In this document: piece by piece, positions 50,450 through 62,240 of the stretch
Layout of the letters: every line of letters starts with the position of its first letter
Numbering within the stretch: the first letter of the stretch is position 1
Notes under the pieces: model-generated
Told to the model about the DNA's origin: nothing
What the model saw: the letters and a program-made list of their open reading frames with translations, nothing else
Database searches by the model: none
Assembly (NCBI GenBank): GCA_039831155.1
Contig: JBDONT010000026.1
Location: forward strand, 35,892-99,891
Origin: Nautiliaceae bacterium
GTDB lineage: Bacteria > Campylobacterota > Campylobacteria > Campylobacterales > Nautiliaceae
DNA: 64,000 nucleotides
Direction of reading: 5' to 3'
Made by a program: the position numbers and the translations under genes

Positions 50450-51568
50450 TTATTTTTCAATATAATCGCTATTTTCTTCTAAAAATCTTTTAGCGTTTTT
50501 TAATTTTTTTGTATTATTTACAACCCAATTCCTAATAATTTCCTTAGGGTTTTGCTTTTTTCTTTTTTTATAAGCTTCACTTAAAATTGCGTAAAAAGGA
50601 TAATTTTGATACGTTTCTTTAAATTCTTTATTAGTGCCTTGAAAGTTATTTATTATATTTAAGATTTCTCGTTGTAAAGAATCGTATTTTTTATTAAATT
50701 TATCGTATACGGATTTCACAAACTCGTATTTTTCACTTTTAGGATTTAAAATATTAAAAAGTTGTGCTATTTCATTATTTAATATCATTTGAATGATATT
50801 GTGCTCTTTTATATCTGCTACGATTTTATGTCTTTTCAAATATTCCGTCGTTTTAACTTTTACGAATTTCATATCCTCAAATATTAAAATCCATCCTTCT
50901 TTACTTTTACAAACATTCTTATCTCTCATATATTCGCAAAGAGGCTTATTCTCACATACTTCAGCATACTCTATATTGAAATCATCCGCTATTTTTTCAA
51001 AATCTAAAATATAATTTCCTTTTTTATCTCTTATTTGAATTAAAATCAAAGCCTCTTTTTTATAATCCATAACTACTTGAGATTTTTCAGATACATATTC
51101 AAACATAGGGAAAAACTCTCTTTTAATACAAAAATCCATAAATTTTTGTAAATTTATCGAATTTTCATATATTTTTTGAGCACTTAAAGCTTGATGAGAA
51201 TCGAATCTTAGTTTTGATTTAAAAAAAATTTGATTGTCCATTATTATAGGATGAACAAAAGTACCGTCTATTTTCTCACTTACTTTTATTACTTTTTTAT
51301 TTTTTAAATCTTCTTCCGTCCATCCTGGAGCTTGATTCAATTCAAAAAATTTATGAATAGCTAAAAATCTTCTCCATTCATTTTTTTCTTTTACAAAAGT
51401 TAATCCCCTTAATTCCCAAGCATTAAATTTTTCAAATTCATCATAATTGCCTTGTTTGTAATGATAAACGGCTACCTCTTTGTTATTAAAAATAAAACTT
51501 TTACAAAAAAATTGTTTAGATTTAGCTACGATTTCATCACATTCTTCTTTTGTCGGTAAATAAAACAT
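50450..51568 (-). CDS. T4 Rnl1/RnlA-family ATP-dependent RNA ligase
   Basis: 'ELRGLTF', 'HKFFELNQ', motif I EKIDGT, III FEYVS, IIIa LIQIRD, IV EGWIL, V VKVKT. Confidence 0.85.
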   Translation of the reverse strand: MFYLPTKEECDEIVAKSKQFFCKSFIFNNKEVAVYHYKQGNYDEFEKFNAWELRGLTFVKEKNEWRRFLAIHKFFELNQAPGWTEEDLKNKKVIKVSEKIDGTFVHPIIMDNQIFFKSKLRFDSHQALSAQKIYENSINLQKFMDFCIKREFFPMFEYVSEKSQVVMDYKKEALILIQIRDKKGNYILDFEKIADDFNIEYAEVCENKPLCEYMRDKNVCKSKEGWILIFEDMKFVKVKTTEYLKRHKIVADIKEHNIIQMILNNEIAQLFNILNPKSEKYEFVKSVYDKFNKKYDSLQREILNIINNFQGTNKEFKETYQNYPFYAILSEAYKKRKKQNPKEIIRNWVVNNTKKLKNAKRFLEENSDYIEK

Positions 51569-51582
51569 CAATTTCCTTTAAT

Positions 51583-51978
51583 TTATACCTCTTCAAGTTT
51601 TTCACTGTCTATTTCTATAACAGTATGTACGTTTCCTCTGGGATTAAAATCCATAGTCAGCTTCATTTTTTTAGGTTTTAATTTATTATAAAGAGTATCA
51701 AAAATTTCATTTGCCGCATCTTCGTGAGATATGTATCTGTTCATAAAAGAGTTGATATAAAGTTTCAAAGCCTTAAGTTCAACCACCCACTCATTCGGAA
51801 TATACTCAAGATAAACGGTAGCAAAATCCGGATACCCGGAGCGTGGGCATTTCGCCATAAATTCCGGAAGAGTAATTTTAATTAAGTAGTTTTTTTTGTT
51901 ATTATTAGGCCATATTTCAAGGTCTTTATTTACGTCAAATTCGATAATCTCTTTTTCTCCGTATTTAATTTCACTCAT
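51583..51978 (-). CDS. queF: 7-cyano-7-deazaguanine (preQ0) reductase
   Basis: PEF..CP.SG.PDFA, ELK.LKLY, SHE, PRG. Confidence 0.93.
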   Translation of the reverse strand: MSEIKYGEKEIIEFDVNKDLEIWPNNNKKNYLIKITLPEFMAKCPRSGYPDFATVYLEYIPNEWVVELKALKLYINSFMNRYISHEDAANEIFDTLYNKLKPKKMKLTMDFNPRGNVHTVIEIDSEKLEEV

Positions 51979-51986
51979 AATTTTCC

Positions 51987-54272
<2,286 letters not shown>

Positions 54273-54286
54273 TTAGCTTTTTTTAA

Positions 54287-54295
54287 ATTATATCA
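54287..54295 (-). promoter_or_regulatory. Extended -10 promoter (TGATATAAT) for gyrB, overlapping the dnaN stop
   Basis: attatatca on + strand. Confidence 0.55.
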
Positions 54296-55348
54296 AATAT
54301 TAAGTGGCATTACTATCGTAATAAAGTTTTCGTCTTTTAGAACAAACGGGATATTCGGCTCATTTAATCCAAGTGTAAAGTTTTCGTTGTCTATTACGTT
54401 TAAAAAGTCGTTTATGTATTTACTGTTAACTGCAAAAGTGAAGCTATCCTCTATAGGGGTTGTTATGTTGAATTTTGTTTTTGCTTGTAATGTTTCGTCA
54501 CTTATGCTCTCAAATTCTATTTCGTTAGGTTTTATTGTGATTTTAACTTCATTTGATATTATGCTTACCTGTTTTAAATGAGATAAAAATTCTTTCTTAG
54601 GCAGTTGAATTTCGTATTTTAAGTTTTTAGGGATTATTCTTTCGTAATCCGGGAATTTTCCGTTTATTAGTTTTGTAAAAAATAGACTCTCTTGATTTTT
54701 TAGTATTAAATATACTTCGTCATAGTAAATTTCCATATCGTCTTTTATTATTCTTTTAATTTCGGCTATGCTTCTTTTTGGAACTATTATTTTTGATTCT
54801 TTAGCGGTTGCGTTTGAGTAGTAAACTGCCAATCTTCTTGTATCGGTTGATACGAAATTGCTTTTTTCTTTTAAATCAAATAAAGCTCCGTTTAATTCGT
54901 ATTTTGGATTGTTATTGTCTATTACCGGATAAATTCTTTTTAGGATTTTGTTAAATTCTTCTATTTCTATGTTTAGTTTTTCTAAATAATCCGTAGTAGG
55001 AAATTCCGGAAATTCGTCTACGTTAAAGGAAGTTAGTTTGTATATGGAGCTTTCTTGTGTGATTATTATTTGAGAGTTTTGTGCTTTTATTTCTATTTCT
55101 TTATTTTGAAGGGTTTTTATAATATCTAGAAATCTTTTTCCGTTTATTGTTATTGTTCCGGGGGTTATTATGTTTGCGTTTGTTGTGATTTTTAGACCTA
55201 TTTCTTTGTCTGTTGCTTTTAGGGTTAATTTATCGTTTGCCTTTATTAGAATATGTGAGGTTATTTGGGTATTGTCTTTTTTTTCCGTAAAAGGGATTAT
55301 TTGATTTAGTATGCTTTCTATTACCGGTTTGTCTATTATTATGTGCAT
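54293..55348 (-). CDS. dnaN: DNA polymerase III beta clamp
   Basis: ATD.EI, STD.RRL, GKFPDY, VMPL; between dnaA and gyrB. Confidence 0.95.
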   Translation of the reverse strand: MHIIIDKPVIESILNQIIPFTEKKDNTQITSHILIKANDKLTLKATDKEIGLKITTNANIITPGTITINGKRFLDIIKTLQNKEIEIKAQNSQIIITQESSIYKLTSFNVDEFPEFPTTDYLEKLNIEIEEFNKILKRIYPVIDNNNPKYELNGALFDLKEKSNFVSTDTRRLAVYYSNATAKESKIIVPKRSIAEIKRIIKDDMEIYYDEVYLILKNQESLFFTKLINGKFPDYERIIPKNLKYEIQLPKKEFLSHLKQVSIISNEVKITIKPNEIEFESISDETLQAKTKFNITTPIEDSFTFAVNSKYINDFLNVIDNENFTLGLNEPNIPFVLKDENFITIVMPLNI

Positions 55349-55480
55349 TGTTTCTCCTTATATTTAAATTTTTTAATAATAACAATAAGAGGCGTTAAAA
55401 TGTGAAAAACTTTATTTTTCCCCATTATAGCTAAAAATCGGGTGTGAATGTGAATAACTTTTTTATTCACATCATTCACT
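55349..55480. other. oriC subregion downstream of dnaA (AT-rich DUE candidate, trio-like repeats, DnaA boxes)
   Basis: AT-rich 55359-55388 with TAA TAA TAA CAA TAA, then GAGGCG; TGTGAAAAA 55401, TGTGAATAA 55449, TTATTCACA 55463, TCATTCACT 55472. Confidence 0.75.
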
Positions 55481-56782
55481 TTTTTTGAGTTGAATTTTAC
55501 TTTTTAATTCTTCTATTTTCATTCTAAACTCGCTGTCTTCTTTTAATTTTTTATTAAAACTTTTAATTGCGTGGCTTACTGCACTGTGGTCTTTGAGTCC
55601 GAAATACTTAGCGATTGAAGGAGTAGACTCTTTTGTAAACTCTCTGGCTAGGTAAATAGCACATCTTCTGGCTTGGACTATGTTTTTGTTTCTGCTTTTT
55701 GAGATTATTTCGCTAGGTTTTATGTTAAATTCTTTTGCTATTAGTTTTATAATATCTTCAAGAGTAATAACTTCTCTTTTGTCTTTTATAAACTCTTTAA
55801 GGGCCTGTTTTGCGAAGTCTAGAGTAATCTCGCTAACTCCTAAAATTTTTGACATAGCGTTTATTTTGGTAATCATTCCTTCTATTTCTCTTATGTTGGT
55901 ATCCAGTTTTGTAGCTATGAATTCTATTATTTCATCCGGAAGGTATATCCCGTTTAGTTCGCATTTTTTTCTTATGATTTCTATTTTGGTTTCAAGTTCC
56001 GGAGGTTGAATATCCACTATAAGACCGGCTTCAAATCTGCTTCTTAATCTGTCTACCAGGTCGTATAGTTTTTTAGGAGGTCTGTCTGCTGTTAGGCAGA
56101 TTTGCTTTTTTTTGTTGTACATATCGTTAAAGATATGGAAAAACTCTTCTTGGGTTCTCTCTTTTCCGGCGAAAAACTGAACGTCGTCTATTAATAAAAT
56201 ATCGCAGTTTTTATATTTTTCGTGGAATTTTTCGGGGGTTTTTAGACGGATGTTTTCGGTAAACTCGTTCATAAACTGCTTACTTGTAACGTATAATACT
56301 TTTAGGGAGTTTTTGAGGTAGTTTCCTATGGCTTGTAAAAGATGGGTTTTTCCAAGTCCTACGCCTCCGTAAATAAATAAGGGGTTGTAGTTTTTGCCGG
56401 GATTTTCTGCTACGCTTTTTGCCGCCGTATAGGCGAATTGGTTAGAAGGTCCTACGATAAAACTCTCAAACGTATATTCCGGGATTAATACGCTAGGGGT
56501 TGATGGCTGGATGATTTCTTCTATTTTTACGGGTTTGTAGTTTATTTCTTTTGTAATGATGTTTATTTGGGGTTTTATGCCGGTTTCTTTTTCGTAGATT
56601 TCTTCTATTTTTTTTAGATATTTTCTTTTTACGAAATTTGCGATAAATATATTCGGTGCTTTTATAATTAAATTTGTTGAGGTAGAATTCTTTTCGTCAA
56701 ATTCCAAATTTTTTATAAATTTATTATAATTCACAGGATTTTCACTTTTTAGTGTTTCTTTTATTTTTTCAAACAGATTCAA
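55472..56782 (-). CDS. dnaA: Chromosomal replication initiator DnaA
   Basis: YNPLFIYGGVGLGKTHL, LLIDDVQ, RLRSRF, 'DHS.V.HA'. Confidence 0.97.
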   Translation of the reverse strand: MNLFEKIKETLKSENPVNYNKFIKNLEFDEKNSTSTNLIIKAPNIFIANFVKRKYLKKIEEIYEKETGIKPQINIITKEINYKPVKIEEIIQPSTPSVLIPEYTFESFIVGPSNQFAYTAAKSVAENPGKNYNPLFIYGGVGLGKTHLLQAIGNYLKNSLKVLYVTSKQFMNEFTENIRLKTPEKFHEKYKNCDILLIDDVQFFAGKERTQEEFFHIFNDMYNKKKQICLTADRPPKKLYDLVDRLRSRFEAGLIVDIQPPELETKIEIIRKKCELNGIYLPDEIIEFIATKLDTNIREIEGMITKINAMSKILGVSEITLDFAKQALKEFIKDKREVITLEDIIKLIAKEFNIKPSEIISKSRNKNIVQARRCAIYLAREFTKESTPSIAKYFGLKDHSAVSHAIKSFNKKLKEDSEFRMKIEELKSKIQLKKSE

Positions 56783-56942
56783 GACCTTCCTTTGTGAATA
56801 AAATTTTTTTCACATCGTGAATATTGTGTGAAAAATTATGTGAATTAAATTGTAACATATCCGAAAATAAATGTAAATCTAAGATATTCACATAGTGAAT
56901 AAGTTGTGAATAAAAATTGAATAGAATGTGAAAGGTGAATAT
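56783..56942. other. oriC subregion upstream of dnaA: dense DnaA-box cluster
   Basis: TTCAC/GTGAA-core boxes at 56793, 56806, 56816, 56827, 56839, 56884, 56894, 56905, 56927, 56934. Confidence 0.8.
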
Positions 56943-57399
56943 GAAAATTTTAGGGATTGACCCCGGTACTATAAAATGTGGGTATGCTATTATCGAAACC
57001 ACTCCTAAATTGAGGTTAATTGATGCCGGATTTATAAAAATTACCGAAAAAGAGCTTCAATATCAACTCTCTCAATTAATAGAAGGACTTGATTTGATTT
57101 ATGACGACTCTATAGATGAAGTGGCGATGGAGGATATTTTTTATGCTTATAATCCTAAAACCGTTTTGAAATTGGCTCAATTTAGAGGGGCTTTGTCTCT
57201 TAGGATACTTCAAATTCACGGAAATTTTAGCGAATATACTCCCTTGCAGGTTAAAAGAGCAGTTACCGGCAACGGAAAAGCAAAAAAAGAGCAGGTGGCT
57301 TTTATGGTAAAAAAGATTTTGGGAATAAGAGGGGAGATTAAACCTCTTGATATTACGGACGCTATTGCAGTGGCTATTACCCATTCTCAAAGGTTGTAG
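56941..57399 (+). CDS. ruvC: Holliday junction resolvase RuvC
   Basis: ILGIDPG, EYTP.QVK..VTG.GKA.K.QV, D..DA.A.A. Confidence 0.95.
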   Translation: MKILGIDPGTIKCGYAIIETTPKLRLIDAGFIKITEKELQYQLSQLIEGLDLIYDDSIDEVAMEDIFYAYNPKTVLKLAQFRGALSLRILQIHGNFSEYTPLQVKRAVTGNGKAKKEQVAFMVKKILGIRGEIKPLDITDAIAVAITHSQRL

Positions 57400-57498
57400 A
57401 GGGTTACTGTCTTTATATCTTTAGCTGCATTTTTTCTAATTTTATCATATCGAAAATTTTTTTAAGTATAATATATTAATCCAAAAAAAGGAGTAATT

Positions 57499-57969
57499 AT
57501 GAAAGTTGGAGATTTAGTAATTGTAGCGAGTCTTGGAGAAATTAAAGCGTATAAAGCAAATCCTAGAACACTTGAAGCTGAAGCAGGGCTTAAACCGAAC
57601 GAAGTAAAACTTGATTTGATAAAAAGTATAGATATTATTACCGCTCATAAAAGAGTTAGCGATTTGGTAACCGGAATTGAGGGTGCTAATAAGCCAGGAT
57701 TTTTAAACAGGGCTTTTAGTGGAGAGAATCATAATTTAAAACAGGAAATCTATAAAGAAGCCGTAAAAGCAGTTGCCGAGGATATCGATATGCTTATTGA
57801 AGAGTTCGGAGATAAAAAGGTGTTTTTATCGCTTCCAAAACTTATAGCTAATGATGTTTTGGAAAATGTTAAACATAAAGATAAAATATTTAGAATTGTT
57901 GAAAAAGATTTATTAACGTTAGACAAAAATAAACTCATAGACGAATTTAAACCGGAAGTTTTAAAGTAA
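57499..57969 (+). CDS. Host attachment protein / baeRF-like protein
   Basis: N-terminal 'LVIVA..G..KAY', C-terminal 'VEKDL'; strong AAGGAG RBS. Confidence 0.5.
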   Translation: MKVGDLVIVASLGEIKAYKANPRTLEAEAGLKPNEVKLDLIKSIDIITAHKRVSDLVTGIEGANKPGFLNRAFSGENHNLKQEIYKEAVKAVAEDIDMLIEEFGDKKVFLSLPKLIANDVLENVKHKDKIFRIVEKDLLTLDKNKLIDEFKPEVLK

Positions 57970-57991
57970 GAGAGTTATTTTAACTCTCTTA
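57967..57991. terminator. Perfect hairpin between convergent genes
   Basis: TAAGAGAGTTA-TTT-TAACTCTCTTA. Confidence 0.7.
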
Positions 57992-60260
57992 TATCAAACG
58001 GAGGAGAGAAGAAGTATCCTTGAGAAGCGTGGATGTTTAATTTTGAAATTTCGTTAAAGAGTTCTTCGTTTTCTACAAATTCGGCTATTGTTTCAAAATC
58101 AAAATCGTGTGCTATTTCAACTATTTTTTTAAGGAATTTTTTTAGTTTTTCATCTTTTAGGATATCTTTTATTAAACTGCCGTCTATTTTTATAATATCA
58201 ATAGGCAGGTTTTTTATTAGATAGACGAAGTTGGAATATCCACTTCCAAAGTCGTCAATCGCTATTTTTGCTCCGGTTTTTGAGAGTTGGTAGATAATTT
58301 CGTTTAGTTTTTTGTCCGAAATCATCTCTTCATCTTCTAAAAGCTCTATAGTGAGTTTTGGGGCTATTTTATATTCTTCTATTTTTTTGAATAAAAACAT
58401 TCTGAATTGGTCGTTTTTTAGGTCGCTAAGAGATAGGTTTATAGAAAAGTTATAAGGAAGTTTTGAAAATGTTTCAAAACATTTTTGAATCATAATAGCT
58501 TGAAGCGTTTCGTATTGGTGGGTCTTTTTGGCTATGTTTAAAAAGAAATAAGGGGTATAGAATTTTCCGTTGTGATAAATTCTCATTAAGCATTCGTATT
58601 TATATACTTTTTTTGTTTTGTTATGAATAATAGGCTGCACAAAAGGTATTACGTTGTCTTTTTCTATGGCTTCGTTTATTATTTTTTTCCATTTTAAATT
58701 CTCTTCAAACTCTTTTAAAATAGGAAGTTTTTTATTATAAACTATTATCTGTTTTTTTCTTTTTTTGGCGTATTTTAAGGCGATATCGGCTTCTGCTAAG
58801 GTCTTTCCTATACCGACGGTTATGCTTATTTTTATTTCGTCTTTGCCTACTTTAAATTTTTTGCTTTTTAGTTTTTTTATTATTTCCGATATTATATGTT
58901 TTAATTTTGCAGGTAGGGGAGCTATAATAGCGTATTCGTCTCCGGATAGTTTGTAAGTGGGTGCTATTGAGTTTAAAAATTTTGCGACTTCTTTTATGAC
59001 TTTGTCCCCCTCTTCCACACCGTAAAAGTCGTTTATCTCTTTAAAGTCGTCTATGTTTATTATGGCTATGAAGTTGTTTTTTATGTCGTTTATCAGTTTT
59101 TCTCTGTTTGGAAGGTTTGTAAGTTTGTCGCTAAACATATTTTCTATAAGCTCGGTTGTTTTCTTTTCGACTTCTAAGTGGAGGTTTTGATTGATTTTTT
59201 GTAAAAGTTTATTTTTGGACTCTATTACTCCTTCGTAGGAGCTTACTATTTTTTTAACCGAAGCGTTTAGTTTTTTGATGATAAAATGAATCAAAAGCAA
59301 AGTAACGGTCGATAAAATTAAATAAATTGCTATTAGTTTTTTTATTTCGTATTCGAAGGCTTTTTCTTTTTTGTAAAGAATTTTATTTATGTCGTCTATG
59401 AAGATATTTGAGACGATAATCCAGTTCCAAGGTTTATAAATTTTTATGAATTCAATTTTTTTAGAATGATTGTTTTTAGTATTGTTTGATGTTATGAATT
59501 GATTGTCGGTAAAATTTTTTAGATTTTGTTTATTTAAAAAACTTCCTTCCAAGTTTGGATTTATCGGATTTATGATAATTTTTATTTTGTTGTTTTTTAT
59601 TTCATATATTGAAATGTATCCGTTGTTATTCGGACCGAATTTTATATTATAAATAATTTGCTTTAAGCGTTGTTGAATTAATTTATCTATTTTTTTTTCG
59701 TAAGTACAAGTTGTGAGAAAATAATTATCAAATATGTGTTGAAATGTTATTTTTATACCTTTAGAAGTATAGTGAGTATAATAAATATCGTTTTTATGTT
59801 GGGTTAAAAGTTTTTTAATTACGTTTTTTCTTTTGGTTTTATTGTAATCGTTTAAATTTGTGTAAATGGGATTTGCGTTTAAATCACTTAGAGTCAAAAA
59901 TATTAAATTATCTAAATTGTCTATATTTCTTAAGATGAATTGAAAGTTTTTTTTGTTTGATTTTGCTAAAATTGCCGATGTTGAAAGATTAAAGGTTTTA
60001 AGTTTTTCTTTAATAGATGTATATTTTTCGTGTTTTAGTGTGTCTATTAATTTTATTAGGTTTTCCGTTTGGTGTTGCATCATCAGTTTTTGATGTTCGA
60101 TAAAATTTGTTTTTATAAAGTTTTTTTCAGTGGAATATTTTTTATAAATAACAAAAAAAGTAATGGCAAAAAAAGAAAAAATTAAAAACAACGTTGTTAT
60201 ATAGATAGATAAAACGTTTTGTTTTAATATTTTATTTTTAAAATGCTCACTTACTTTCAT
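57975..60260 (-). CDS. Membrane sensor with GGDEF and EAL domains (c-di-GMP turnover)
   Basis: Two TMs around a Cache-like region, D.LTNLPNR, SGDEY, YECLMR, DDFGSGYSN, KIDGS, QGYFF. Confidence 0.9.
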   Translation of the reverse strand: MKVSEHFKNKILKQNVLSIYITTLFLIFSFFAITFFVIYKKYSTEKNFIKTNFIEHQKLMMQHQTENLIKLIDTLKHEKYTSIKEKLKTFNLSTSAILAKSNKKNFQFILRNIDNLDNLIFLTLSDLNANPIYTNLNDYNKTKRKNVIKKLLTQHKNDIYYTHYTSKGIKITFQHIFDNYFLTTCTYEKKIDKLIQQRLKQIIYNIKFGPNNNGYISIYEIKNNKIKIIINPINPNLEGSFLNKQNLKNFTDNQFITSNNTKNNHSKKIEFIKIYKPWNWIIVSNIFIDDINKILYKKEKAFEYEIKKLIAIYLILSTVTLLLIHFIIKKLNASVKKIVSSYEGVIESKNKLLQKINQNLHLEVEKKTTELIENMFSDKLTNLPNREKLINDIKNNFIAIINIDDFKEINDFYGVEEGDKVIKEVAKFLNSIAPTYKLSGDEYAIIAPLPAKLKHIISEIIKKLKSKKFKVGKDEIKISITVGIGKTLAEADIALKYAKKRKKQIIVYNKKLPILKEFEENLKWKKIINEAIEKDNVIPFVQPIIHNKTKKVYKYECLMRIYHNGKFYTPYFFLNIAKKTHQYETLQAIMIQKCFETFSKLPYNFSINLSLSDLKNDQFRMFLFKKIEEYKIAPKLTIELLEDEEMISDKKLNEIIYQLSKTGAKIAIDDFGSGYSNFVYLIKNLPIDIIKIDGSLIKDILKDEKLKKFLKKIVEIAHDFDFETIAEFVENEELFNEISKLNIHASQGYFFSPPFDIRELK

Positions 60261-60663
60261 TATTTAAGTTTTCCTTTGCCACTCTGTCTAAAATACCGTT
60301 AATAAAGCTTTTAGCTTTATCCTCTGAAAAGTTTTTTGCTATTTTTACGGCTTCGTCTATTGCGATTTGATAAGGTGTGTCGGTATATAAAATTTCATAA
60401 ATACCCAGTCTTAAAATCTGTTTGTCTACTTTATCGAGTCTATCAAAACTCCAGTCTATTAAATGGTCTTTTATGATTTCGTCTATTTTGTCTATATGCT
60501 CAAGAACGCCTTTTAAAAGTTTTCTTGCAAACTCCGCTTTAGAGTCTTTTACTTTTTTGTCTTTTAAAATTTCTTCGAATTGAGAAACTGCTTTGTCGTT
60601 TCCCATCTCCTGTGCGTAAAGGGTTTGAATTACTGCTTCTCTTGCGTGTGTTATTGTTGCCAT
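60247..60663 (-). CDS. nusB: Transcription antitermination factor NusB
   Basis: ARE..IQ.LY, W.FDRL..VD..ILR, DEAV..AK, FINGILD. Confidence 0.95.
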   Translation of the reverse strand: MATITHAREAVIQTLYAQEMGNDKAVSQFEEILKDKKVKDSKAEFARKLLKGVLEHIDKIDEIIKDHLIDWSFDRLDKVDKQILRLGIYEILYTDTPYQIAIDEAVKIAKNFSEDKAKSFINGILDRVAKENLNNESK

Positions 60664-60665
60664 TA

Positions 60666-60857
60666 TTACCTCCAAATTTTTATTGCGAAAATTAATAATA
60701 CTATAAAAGTTTCCGGTACTAGTATTAATGTTATTTTTTCAATTGTTAAGGGAGTGAAAAAATATTTAAAAAATCTTAAAAAAGCTCCCGTACATAATAA
60801 AACTAAAATGCTTATAAGCAGATAAAAGTTTATTTTGTTTTGTAAATCGAATTTCAT
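60666..60857 (-). CDS. Small hypothetical two-TM protein
   Basis: Fills the ribH-nusB gap; its 3' end carries the GGAGG RBS of nusB. Confidence 0.55.
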   Translation of the reverse strand: MKFDLQNKINFYLLISILVLLCTGAFLRFFKYFFTPLTIEKITLILVPETFIVLLIFAIKIWR

Positions 60858-60860
60858 CTT

Positions 60861-61325
60861 TTAAAGTTTAGCATAAAGATTAATCATTTCAATTAACCCT
60901 ACCATCGCTTCAAAACCTTTATTCCCGGCTTTTGTTCCGGCTCTTTCAATGGCTTGTTCGATTGTATCTGTTGTAAGAAGACCGAATGTTACCGGGATAT
61001 CGTTTTGAAGCGTTATGTTTGCAATGCCTTTTGTAGCTTCTGCAGCTACGTAATCAAAATGAGGAGTCGCTCCTCTAATTACTGCTCCTACTACACAAAT
61101 TCCGTCATATTTTTTTGTGTTAATAGCTCTTTTTAAGGCAAACGGAAGCTCAAACGCCCCGGGTACTAAAATAAGGTCTAGGTTTTCGTTTTTTCCACCG
61201 TTTCTTAAAAACGCGTCTTCTGCACCTTCTACCAATCTGTCCGTAATTAGATGATTAAATCTACTGGCGATAATCGCTATCTTTTCGTTTCCTTTTAAAG
61301 TTAAAGTTCCTTCGATTTTATTCAT
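60861..61325 (-). CDS. ribH: 6,7-dimethyl-8-ribityllumazine synthase
   Basis: [27 protein letters not shown]. Confidence 0.96.
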   Translation of the reverse strand: MNKIEGTLTLKGNEKIAIIASRFNHLITDRLVEGAEDAFLRNGGKNENLDLILVPGAFELPFALKRAINTKKYDGICVVGAVIRGATPHFDYVAAEATKGIANITLQNDIPVTFGLLTTDTIEQAIERAGTKAGNKGFEAMVGLIEMINLYAKL

Positions 61326-61335
61326 ATTTTCTCCT

Positions 61336-62124
61336 TTAGTTACACTTTCTTATACATTCTATTTGATTTAACGTTTCTTCCAATATTTTAGGTGTTATCA
61401 TATTCGGTCCGTCACTTAATGCTTCATCGGGATTATAGTGGGTTTCAAAGAAAAATCCGTCAACTCCAACAGCTGCGGCCGCTTTGCTTAAATAAGGAAC
61501 AAATTCTCTTTTTCCACTACTTTTCCCACCTGCACCTCCTGGCATTTGAACGCTATGAGTTGCGTCGAATATTGTCGGGGCGAATTTTCTCATAATTACT
61601 AAGCTTCTCATATCAACTACTAAATTTCCGTATCCGAACGTCGAACCTCTTTCAGTTAGCCATACCCCGTATTTTTTGGAGTTTTCATATGTTGCTTCTT
61701 TACATCCTCTAGTTTCCAATACTTTTAAAACCGAATATTTCATATCTTCCGGGTTCATAAACTGACCCTTTTTGATGTTTACGATTTTATCGGTTTTTGC
61801 AGCTTCTACCAGTAAGTCGGTTTGTCTGCAAAGAAACGCCGGTATCTGTAATACGTCCACAACTTCGGCGGCTTTTTTGACTTGATGTGTTTCGTGGATG
61901 TCCGTTAAAAGTTTGTATCCGAATTTTTCTTTTACTTCGTTTAATATTTCAAGACCTTTTTTGATTCCAGGACCTCTATAAGAGTTTAGAGAAGTTCTAT
62001 TGGCTTTGTCAAAACTTGCTTTGAAGTAAAAGTTATATTTTTCGTTGTATGGTTTTAGATATTCTGCGATTTTAAAAATCTGTTCTTTGGATTCAATTAC
62101 GCAAGGTCCTGCTATTAAAATCAT
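61336..62124 (-). CDS. kdsA: KDO 8-phosphate synthase
   Basis: [35 protein letters not shown]; start at MILIAG, with TGCTATAAT at 62144-62152. Confidence 0.95.
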   Translation of the reverse strand: MILIAGPCVIESKEQIFKIAEYLKPYNEKYNFYFKASFDKANRTSLNSYRGPGIKKGLEILNEVKEKFGYKLLTDIHETHQVKKAAEVVDVLQIPAFLCRQTDLLVEAAKTDKIVNIKKGQFMNPEDMKYSVLKVLETRGCKEATYENSKKYGVWLTERGSTFGYGNLVVDMRSLVIMRKFAPTIFDATHSVQMPGGAGGKSSGKREFVPYLSKAAAAVGVDGFFFETHYNPDEALSDGPNMITPKILEETLNQIECIRKCN

Positions 62125-62240
62125 TATTTTCCTTTTTTTCATAATTATAGCAATTTTTTGTTTTTTATTTTTAAAGATTTTATAAATAAAGGTTTTGGCT
62201 TTGTTTATAAAAAATTATATAATTATTAAAAGGAGTAAAA

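Noticed and set aside
50247-51582. Prophage or island integrated at tRNA-Ala
   Set aside because: No integrase, no duplicated tRNA 3' end seen in the window, and the ligase lies on the 5' side of the tRNA
56783-56942. CRISPR-like or tandem repeat array
   Set aside because: Repeats are 9-mers in both orientations with irregular spacing, i.e. DnaA boxes; no cas genes
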